A stretch of DNA of 64,000 nucleotides from the NCBI GenBank assembly GCA_934573855.1, contig CAKTMF010000009.1:12762-76761 (forward strand), written 5' to 3'. The stretch comes from an uncultured Oscillospiraceae bacterium (GTDB taxonomy: Bacteria; Bacillota; Clostridia; Oscillospirales; Oscillospiraceae). This document shows, piece by piece, positions 56,757-64,000 of the stretch (position 1 is the stretch's first letter; each line of letters opens with the position of its first letter). The translations under genes and the position numbers were made by a program. Below the pieces are notes generated by a model, which made no database searches, was not told the origin of the DNA, and saw only the letters and a list, made by a program, of their open reading frames with translations.

Positions 56757-58670
56757 ATGGATAAAGAACTCAGACGCTGCATACCCGATACCGACATATA
56801 TCTGTTCAATTCCGGCGATGCGCGCAAGGCGTGGCTGTGCTTCGGCTGCACATGGGTCGCGGAGCTGAATATGCACCGCTTCGTGCTGTGGGCGCCGAAC
56901 GCGCGCGCGGTCTCCGTCGTGGGCGATTTCAACGGCTGGGACGGCGCCGCCACACCCATGGAAAAGCTCGACGGCGGCGTTTGGGCGGCGTTCGTTCCGG
57001 GGCTTGAGACGGGCGCTCTCTATAAGTACTGCGTGACCGGCGCGGACGGGAGGACGGTATTCAAGGCCGATCCCTTCGCCGCGTATTCCCAGAATGGGGC
57101 GGACACCGCGTCGATAGTCTGGCGCAGCCGCCATGAATGGCGCGACGGCGCGTATATGCGCGCTCGTGCGCGGCGCGACTTCATGCACAGCCCCATGAGC
57201 GTGTACGAGGTACACCTCGGCTCGTGGAGGGATCTCCGCGGCGGCGAGCCGCCCTATCGCGAGCTTGGAGAGAGGCTTGCGGACTATTGCCGGGAGATGG
57301 CGTATACCCATGTGGAGCTTATGCCGATAACCGAGTATCCCTACGACGCCTCGTGGGGCTATCAGGTCACGGGCTATTACGCGCCGACCTCGCGCTACGG
57401 CTCGCCGGACGACTTCAAGTACATGGTGGACACGCTCCACGCCGCCGGTATCGGCGTTATCATGGACTGGGTCCCGGCGCATTTTCCGAAGGACGAACAC
57501 GGCCTTGCGAGCTTTGACGGCACCCCTCTCTTCGAGTGCAAGGAGAAGCGCATGGCCGAGCATCCGGAGTGGGGGACGCTCATCTTCGACTATGCCTCCA
57601 CTCAGGTACAGAGCTTCCTCGTCTCCTCCGCCTGCCGCTTCTTTGACGAATACCACGTCGACGGCATACGCGTGGACGCGGTCAGCTCAATGCTTTACTT
57701 AAATTATGGCAGACGCGACGGAGAATATACGCCCAACAGGTTCGGAGGGGAAATAAATCTTGACGCGGTGGAGTTCCTGAAAAAAATGAACCGCGCCGTG
57801 CTGACGACGTATCCGGGGGCGATAACCGTCGCCGAGGAGTCAACGGCCTTCCCTCTCATCACGGCTCCACCGGAGAACGGCGGGCTGGGCTTCTGCTTCA
57901 AGTGGGACATGGGCTTCATGCACGACACGCTCGACTACATGGCCGTCGACCCGCTCTTTCGCGGCGGCAGCCACGATAAGCTCACCTTCTCCATGATGTA
58001 CGCATTCTCGGAAAACTACGTCCTTGCCTACTCTCATGACGAGGTCGTCTACGGCAAGCGCTCCATGATAGAGAAGATGAGCGGCGATTATGACCAGAAA
58101 TTTGCCTCGCTCAGGACGCTCTACGGGTACCAGTTCGGCCACCCCGGCAAAAAGCTCAACTTCATGGGCAACGAGTTCGGACAGTTCGTGGAGTGGAACT
58201 GGCAGCGCCAGCTCGACTGGATGCTGCTCGACTTTCCACGGCACCGGGAGCTGCGCCTTTACTGCGCGGAGCTGAACCGCCTGTACGTCTCGCGCCCCGC
58301 GCTGTATGACGTCGACCGTTCGTGGGACGGCTTCAAGTGGCTGAACGTGGACGACCGGGACAGAAGCTCCATCGCCTTCATGCGCATGTCGGAGAGCAAA
58401 AAGGACTATGTCGTGTGCGTGTGCAACTTCACGCCCGTGCGCTACGACGGCTTCGTCATCGGCATGCCCTGCGCGGGGACCCTCCACCAGCTCCTCAGCA
58501 GCGACGAGACGCGCTTCGGCGGCGGTGGGACGGAAAATAAAAAGACCGTATATACAAGAAAAGAGCCGTTTTTGGATATGCAGCACTCGGCAAGAGTGAC
58601 TCTGCCGCCCATGTCGGCGGTGTTCTATGAGTTCAGGCCGAGAAAAACGAAAACGAGAGGTGAAAAATGA
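56757..58670 (+). CDS. glgB: 1,4-alpha-glucan branching enzyme
   Basis: CBM48 plus GH13 catalytic domain and GlgB-specific C-terminus, gaggag RBS. Confidence 0.9.
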   Translation: MDKELRRCIPDTDIYLFNSGDARKAWLCFGCTWVAELNMHRFVLWAPNARAVSVVGDFNGWDGAATPMEKLDGGVWAAFVPGLETGALYKYCVTGADGRTVFKADPFAAYSQNGADTASIVWRSRHEWRDGAYMRARARRDFMHSPMSVYEVHLGSWRDLRGGEPPYRELGERLADYCREMAYTHVELMPITEYPYDASWGYQVTGYYAPTSRYGSPDDFKYMVDTLHAAGIGVIMDWVPAHFPKDEHGLASFDGTPLFECKEKRMAEHPEWGTLIFDYASTQVQSFLVSSACRFFDEYHVDGIRVDAVSSMLYLNYGRRDGEYTPNRFGGEINLDAVEFLKKMNRAVLTTYPGAITVAEESTAFPLITAPPENGGLGFCFKWDMGFMHDTLDYMAVDPLFRGGSHDKLTFSMMYAFSENYVLAYSHDEVVYGKRSMIEKMSGDYDQKFASLRTLYGYQFGHPGKKLNFMGNEFGQFVEWNWQRQLDWMLLDFPRHRELRLYCAELNRLYVSRPALYDVDRSWDGFKWLNVDDRDRSSIAFMRMSESKKDYVVCVCNFTPVRYDGFVIGMPCAGTLHQLLSSDETRFGGGGTENKKTVYTRKEPFLDMQHSARVTLPPMSAVFYEFRPRKTKTRGEK

Positions 58671-60145
58671 AAAGGGAATTTCGTGAAATGCTCTCCGAGC
58701 GCGGACGCCGGGATATGCCGGGCGTCCTTCTCGCCTCGGCCGAATGCGCTCCTCTTTCAAAGACGGGGGGCCTCGCGGACGTGGTCGGCACGCTGCCAAA
58801 GTCCCTGAAAAAGCTCGGGATAGACGCGCGCGTCATCACGCCGTACCATCGCTGCATAAAGGACAGATACTCCGGACAGACGGAGCATATGTTCCATTTC
58901 GACGTACATCTCGGCTGGCGCACGCAGTACGCCGGGATAGAAAAGCTCGTGCTGGACGGCGTGACGGTCTACCTTGTGGACAGCGAGTACTACTTCGGCG
59001 ACAGGATATACCGCGGAGGACTCGCGGAGGGAGAGCAGTACGCCTTCTTCTGCCGTGCCGTTCTCGAGGCGCTGCCGGGACTTGATTTCGAGCCGGAGGT
59101 CGTCCACTGCAACGACTGGCACACCGCCATGCTGCCCATGCTTGCGCGCACCCAGTATCAGGGGCGCATGCAGGAGAGCCGGCGCTATCTCCTCACCATC
59201 CACAATATCGCCTTCCAGGGCAAGTTCGGATTTGATTATGTTCAGGACCTTTTGGGCGTGGATGCGCGCTACTATACGCCCGAGTTCATGGAGCTCAACG
59301 GCTGCGCGGACTTCCTCAAGGCCGGCTGCGTCTTTGCCGACAGGATAAATACCGTCTCTCCCAGCTATGCCGAGGAGATAATGACCCCCTATTACGCCGA
59401 GGGACTGGAGGGTATACTCAACGCCCGCCGCGCTCAGGTCTCGGGGATAATCAACGGTATCGACAAAACGCTGTTCAACCCGCATACCGACCCGCTTCTC
59501 CCGGCACGCTACGACCGCGGACACCTGCGCGGCAAGGCAGTGTGCAAGAGCGAGCTTCAGGAGCGGATGGGGCTTGAGGTGCGCGCGGACGTCCCGCTCA
59601 TCGCCATGGTCACGCGCATGACGGAGCAGAAGGGCTTCGATCTAGTCGCGCGCGTCATCGACGACCTGATGGGGAACGACGACGTTCAGTTCATGCTGCT
59701 GGGGTCGGGAGACGAGCGCTTTGAGAATATAATGCGCGCCACCGAGGGTCGCTACAGGGGGCGGCTGTGCGCCTATATCGGCTACAGCGAGCCGCTCTCC
59801 CACCTCGTCTATGCCGCGAGCGACTTCTTCCTCATGCCCTCGCGCTTTGAACCGTGCGGGCTGAGCCAGATGATCGCCATGCGCTACGGCTCTCTCCCCA
59901 TCGTCCGCGAGACCGGCGGACTGAGAGACACCGTCGCGCCCTACAATAAATATACTGGAGAGGGCAACGGCTTTTCCTTCGCCAACTTCGACGCCTACGA
60001 AATGCTGGGCGTCATCCGCTCGGCACTCGGCTGCTACGGCGACAGAGAGATAATGCGCGGACTCATCAGCCGCGCCATGCAGGCGGACTACGGCTTTGAC
60101 GGCTCTGCGGAGGAATACGCGAAGCTATACATATGGATGCTGTAA
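58667..60145 (+). CDS. glgA: glycogen synthase (ADP-glucose type, GT5)
   Basis: KTGGLADVVGTLP motif and E-x7-E region. ATGA overlap with glgB. The alternative starts at 58688 and 58715 are possible. Confidence 0.85.
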   Translation: MKREFREMLSERGRRDMPGVLLASAECAPLSKTGGLADVVGTLPKSLKKLGIDARVITPYHRCIKDRYSGQTEHMFHFDVHLGWRTQYAGIEKLVLDGVTVYLVDSEYYFGDRIYRGGLAEGEQYAFFCRAVLEALPGLDFEPEVVHCNDWHTAMLPMLARTQYQGRMQESRRYLLTIHNIAFQGKFGFDYVQDLLGVDARYYTPEFMELNGCADFLKAGCVFADRINTVSPSYAEEIMTPYYAEGLEGILNARRAQVSGIINGIDKTLFNPHTDPLLPARYDRGHLRGKAVCKSELQERMGLEVRADVPLIAMVTRMTEQKGFDLVARVIDDLMGNDDVQFMLLGSGDERFENIMRATEGRYRGRLCAYIGYSEPLSHLVYAASDFFLMPSRFEPCGLSQMIAMRYGSLPIVRETGGLRDTVAPYNKYTGEGNGFSFANFDAYEMLGVIRSALGCYGDREIMRGLISRAMQADYGFDGSAEEYAKLYIWML

Positions 60146-62517
60146 AAGAGAGAATCTATAAAATATATTTCGGCGGCAGCTACCGCGAGTGCTGGTCGGA
60201 GGATTATACCCTCTCCATCGCCTATGAGGGGCGCAAATGCGCCGAGGCTGCCTTTACAGACGGAAAATGGCATGCCGTGGGCGGGGACGGTGAGCTTGCG
60301 GCCCTGCTCGAGTCGGCGGACTGCCCGCCGCTCACGCGGCTTTATTTTGAGGCCGCCGCCTCGGCCTACGACGGAGCGCAGGAGTGCCTGCGCCGCGGGC
60401 TTGAGCTTTCAAAAATGTACGAGTGCTTCTGCGGCAACTCGAACGCGCTCATCGCGCCGGAGCTTATGCGCCTTCTGATGGACGACTGCGGCTTCCCCAT
60501 GGGCGCGGCGTATGACACGGTCTCGTGCTGCTGCGGCGACCTGCGCTCGCCGGGGATAGACCTCCACGCGCTTTACGCCCTCCAGCCCCGCACCGCCCAT
60601 GTGGCGGGCATACTGCGCGAGACGTCTCAGGAGCGGCCTGCGGCGGAGCATGACTCGGCGGACGCACGCTTCCGCAGCCCGACGGGAGCCGTGGAGTGCG
60701 GGGAACAGATACGCCTGAGCGCGCGCATACGCGGCGGCAGGGTGAAGAAGGTCACTCTCGTCGTCGAGGGCGACGAGCTGCACACGGAGATCGAGACCGA
60801 GCGGGACGGGGACGTCTGGAGCGTCGTGCTTGCGTGTCCGGAGACTCCTGCCGCACTGTGGTATCATTTCAGGATAGAGACCGACCACAGCTCGCACTGG
60901 CTCTGCCCGGACGAGGGCGGACACCGCGGGCGGCTGTACGGGAGCGAGAGCGCGGGCTTTCGCCTCACGGTGCATTGCAGGGACTTTGAGACCCCCGCGT
61001 GGTTCCGCCGCAGCGTCATGTATCAGATATTTCCCGACCGCTTCGCCTTCAGCGCCGACGGCACGGCGGAGCGGGGGATAGAGTACCACCGCGCGCTGCA
61101 CCAGACGCCGGAGCTGCACAAAAGCCTTGACGAGCCGGTGAGATACCTGCCCCGCCCGTTTGAGACGAGCTACTCGCCCGACGATTTCTACGGCGGAACG
61201 TTCAAGGGAATAGAGAGCAGGCTACCTTATCTGAGCGCGCTGGGCGTGAGCTGCATTTACCTCAACCCCATCTGCGAGGCCCGCTCCAACCACCGCTACG
61301 ATACCTCGGACTATTTAAGACCTGACCCGATACTCGGCACGGAGCGGGACTTTGAGGAGCTGTGCGCCGCCGCGGCCGCGATGGGTATACGCATTATATT
61401 GGACGGCGTGTTTTCACACACCGGAGCGGACAGCACATACTTCAACCGCTATGGGCATTACCCGGACAGCGGCGCGTGTCAGGGGCCGTCCTCGCCCTAT
61501 TTCGACTGGTACGATTTCAAAAGGTTCCCGGATGAGTACCGCTGCTGGTGGGGCTTCCGCGACCTGCCTGAGGTGAACGAGGGAAACGGGAGCTGGCAGG
61601 ATTTCGTCATAACCGGGGAGAGCAGCGTTGTGCGTACATGGCTGCGCCGCGGGGCGTCCGGCTGGCGGCTTGACGTGGCCGACGAGCTGCCCGACGAGGT
61701 GCTGGGCCTTATCCGCGCCGCGGCGAAAAGGGAAAAGCCCGACGCGCCCATAATCGGCGAGGTCTGGGAGGACGCGGTGACGAAGGAGAGCTACGGCGGC
61801 AGACGCAATTACGCGCTGGGCTTCTCGCTCGACTCGGTGATGAACTATCCGTTCCGCGCGGCGGCGCTGGACTTCATTCACGGGCGGATAAACGCCTGCG
61901 GGATGAGGGATTTTCTCATCTCCCAGCAGCAGAACTACCCGAAGCCGCTCTACTATTCGCTCATGAACCTTCTCGGTACTCACGATGTGGACAGGCTCCG
62001 CACGGCGCTCTCGACAAAGACCGTCATACGCGGCCTGAGCCGGGAGCAGCAGCTCGCCCTGCGCTTCACGGACGAGGCGCTCGAGCGCGCGGTGAAGCTC
62101 GAAAAGCTCTGCGCGGCGATACAGTTCTCCATACCCGGCGTGCCAAGCATATACTACGGCGACGAGCAGGGGATGTGCGGCGTGTCGGACCCCTTCAACC
62201 GCGAGCCGTTTCGCGAGGGGACGCCGGAGTTGCACGACTATTACGCCTATCTCGCGCACCTGAGGAGTGAAAATCCGGCTCTCTCCACGGGCGAGGCCGT
62301 GTTTGGGGCCGCCGGTGCGGGCGTGCTTACGATATTGCGTTATGTAAACCACAGTAAGGATGCGTTCGGACTTGACGCCGAAAACGGCGCGTTTCTGACC
62401 GTTATAAATATCGGCGCACAGGACGCGGAGGTGAGTGTGGACTGCTCTGCCGCGGGCTGCGGCATGTACCGCGGAAAAATCGAAGGAGAAGGCACAAAAA
62501 TAGTTAGGTTAAGATAG
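60133..62517 (+). CDS. GH13 family alpha-glucan hydrolase (neopullulanase/amylopullulanase-like catalytic module) with an unusual Cys-rich N-terminal domain of about 170 aa
   Basis: GH13 regions I-IV: DGVFSH, GWRLDVADE, EVWE, LLGTHDVDR. The N-terminal domain has 12 Cys including CFCGNSN and SCCCGDL. Confidence 0.8.
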   Translation: MDAVKERIYKIYFGGSYRECWSEDYTLSIAYEGRKCAEAAFTDGKWHAVGGDGELAALLESADCPPLTRLYFEAAASAYDGAQECLRRGLELSKMYECFCGNSNALIAPELMRLLMDDCGFPMGAAYDTVSCCCGDLRSPGIDLHALYALQPRTAHVAGILRETSQERPAAEHDSADARFRSPTGAVECGEQIRLSARIRGGRVKKVTLVVEGDELHTEIETERDGDVWSVVLACPETPAALWYHFRIETDHSSHWLCPDEGGHRGRLYGSESAGFRLTVHCRDFETPAWFRRSVMYQIFPDRFAFSADGTAERGIEYHRALHQTPELHKSLDEPVRYLPRPFETSYSPDDFYGGTFKGIESRLPYLSALGVSCIYLNPICEARSNHRYDTSDYLRPDPILGTERDFEELCAAAAAMGIRIILDGVFSHTGADSTYFNRYGHYPDSGACQGPSSPYFDWYDFKRFPDEYRCWWGFRDLPEVNEGNGSWQDFVITGESSVVRTWLRRGASGWRLDVADELPDEVLGLIRAAAKREKPDAPIIGEVWEDAVTKESYGGRRNYALGFSLDSVMNYPFRAAALDFIHGRINACGMRDFLISQQQNYPKPLYYSLMNLLGTHDVDRLRTALSTKTVIRGLSREQQLALRFTDEALERAVKLEKLCAAIQFSIPGVPSIYYGDEQGMCGVSDPFNREPFREGTPELHDYYAYLAHLRSENPALSTGEAVFGAAGAGVLTILRYVNHSKDAFGLDAENGAFLTVINIGAQDAEVSVDCSAAGCGMYRGKIEGEGTKIVRLR
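62340..62350 (+). repeat. TTATGTAAACC motif copy inside the GH13 gene (encodes R-Y-V-N-H)
   Basis: Exact core. Confidence 0.9.
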
Positions 62518-62534
62518 AAAAAGTAGTGGAGAGA

Positions 62535-64000
62535 TATGATTATGGAAAAAACAAATGGGTTGCTATATGAAAAAGCAGTGAGATGGTTGCTGGAGCATAT
62601 TCGCGAATATAGAATTCCGCTAATATCTTCATGGATAGTAGGACTTCTTGCACATATGTTCATGTTCACAAACAAAATAGTGAACCATGACGATGTACTG
62701 TATCTTTTCAGTAAGGGAGAGACTCTTGTATCCGGACGCTGGCTTCTTGCCTTGACCGGATATATTTTTCCGAATTGTTCCATGCCATGGATATACGGAG
62801 TGCTGTCGCTTGCCATTACCGCTGCTACAGTTTGCCTTATAGTAAAAATTTTTGATATCCGCAGCAAGTATCTTCAGGCGCTTCTTGCGGGACTTATCGT
62901 GAGCTTTCCCGCGCAGACGAGCATCTTCTGCTTCATGTTCACCAGCGCCCCGTATGCGCTCGCCTTTCTTGGCTCTGTCCTCTCCGTATATATACTTATC
63001 AGGGGCAGCCTGAAGAGTCTCTTGGCCGGCAGCGCTGTACTTGCGCTTACCCTCGGCATATATCAGGGGTACATCGCAGTGGCGTCCAGTCTTTATATCA
63101 TACTGATGATACAGGCGCTGCTGAAGGGTGAACCGGCCGGAAAGGTATTCAAGGACGGACTTAGATACGCCGCGGCGCTGCTGGCCGCGCTTGGCCTTTA
63201 CTATGCGGTCACGCTCGTGATCTGCAGACTCAGCGGGACGGAGCTTCTCAGCTACGGGTACAGTGAGGACAGCATACTGTTTCGCGTGCTGCTCGCATAC
63301 AATGGCTTTCTTCGCAGCATCATCAGCGGCTACTTTGGCTTCGTTAACAGCGGGATTTCCATGACGGCTCATTTGGCTTGCCTTATAGCCATGGCGGTAT
63401 TGCTTGTTCATTATTTCAGTAAGAGAAGAACGAAAAAAACAAAGGAAGCACTGTTGCTTTTTGTTTGTACTGCACTTTTTCCTTTAAGCATAAACTGCCT
63501 TTATCTTATCGCTCAGACAGGCGTAATTAACAGCTGGACTCTATATTCTTTTATATGCATTTATATTCTTGCAGCGGTAATTGTTGAGCTGCTGGCGGAA
63601 AAGAACTGGCTGAACGATGTTGTTCTTATTTCTTTTACTCTTGTGATAATATCGAATGTATTCTTCGCAAATAAAGTATATCTAAAAATGTATCTTGGCA
63701 ATGAGAGCATGTTTGCTTACTATTCGGCAATGGCTGCGGACATAAGACAAAGCCCGGAGTATAAGGATGGCATGACTCTTGCAATACTGGGCGAAGAAAC
63801 TGATTTGGTGGAATACATGGATGAGATTGACACGGGATATTTCACGGGGCCGGCGGATAATACCATAAATATGTATACAAGGGACTGCTTTTTGAAATAT
63901 TACATTGGACTGAATGTTCCCACTTTACCGTACCTTGATACATATAAAATACGCGGTGACATTGAGAGTACAGATGAGTTTAAGTCTATGCCTGAGTATC
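62535..64000 (+). CDS. polytopic membrane protein, 5' partial (runs off the window end). Possible GT-C-type glycosyltransferase or YfhO-like protein. Mixed GC content, partly much lower than its surroundings
   Basis: I translated the sequence from the ATG at 62535 to the window end and found no stop codon (over 488 codons). The product has at least 9 predicted TM helices. The supplied ORF list shows only antisense ORFs here. Confidence 0.5.

Noticed and set aside
1942-62350. Motif as a sporulation sigma-factor promoter element (sigK -10 CATA---TA or sigE/sigG -10), as an RTP/Ter replication terminator, or as a eukaryote-style forkhead (GTAAACA) site
   Set aside because: Copies occur in both orientations inside coding regions and at 3' ends without a consistently spaced -35 partner. 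They are far too numerous for Ter sites. Forkhead factors do not exist in bacteria. These coincidental resemblances do not explain the distribution.
62629-63411. 260-aa minus-strand ORF in the final region
   Set aside because: It lies antisense to the uninterrupted plus-strand membrane protein frame starting at 62535. Its product is hydrophilic with no domain, so it is probably spurious.
1-64000. Integrated prophage, transposon, integron or restriction-modification island
   Set aside because: No integrase, transposase, recombinase, phage structural, relaxase or methyltransferase-endonuclease pair ORFs were found on either strand. The only att-like signal is the tRNA-Gln partial duplication, reported separately.

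Overview
This is a high-GC (about 62-65%) chromosomal segment from a Gram-positive, spore-forming Firmicute, probably Clostridia: it carries the spoIIGA-sigE operon and a PolC-type replicase. Most of the window is housekeeping and core metabolism. Recognised blocks are a split fadD-like acyl-CoA ligase, a DUF853 ATPase, an ABC-F ATPase, a MATE pump, sdaAB/sdaAA, spoIIGA-sigE, pyrH-frr-uppS-dxr-rseP-ispG-polC, a TIGR01212 radical SAM protein, pepF, an M18 aminopeptidase, ecfA-ecfA2-ecfT-truA, a Clp ATPase, infC-rpmI-rplT with an L20-type leader, tRNA-Gln, sbcDC and glgB-glgA-GH13. I found no transposase, integrase or CRISPR array. The most unusual feature is a short AT-rich word, RTTATGTAAACC (core TTATGTAAAC, with TTATGTTAAC and TTATGTTTAC variants). 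It occurs 14 times exactly and more than 10 times as near-copies in 64 kb, in both orientations, inside genes and in intergenic hairpin clusters. The word equals the XerD-binding arm of Firmicute dif. One copy (38869-38896) completes a 28-bp dif-like site (AAAGAGCATAA-AATAAA-TTATGTAAACC on the minus strand). Other observations are two frameshifted genes (a 14-bp tandem duplication in the acyl-CoA ligase, a T7 homopolymer in a GNAT gene), a tRNA-Gln whose 3' half plus terminator is duplicated (att-like relic), a membrane-anchored pseudokinase fused to a eukaryote-like C-type lectin domain, a ClpA/C-type double-AAA ATPase with a ClpX-type zinc ribbon, and a beta-lactamase-like ectodomain with a long charged disordered tail. 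A membrane protein gene of mixed GC content begins at 62535 and runs off the window end. The supplied ORF track omits it.
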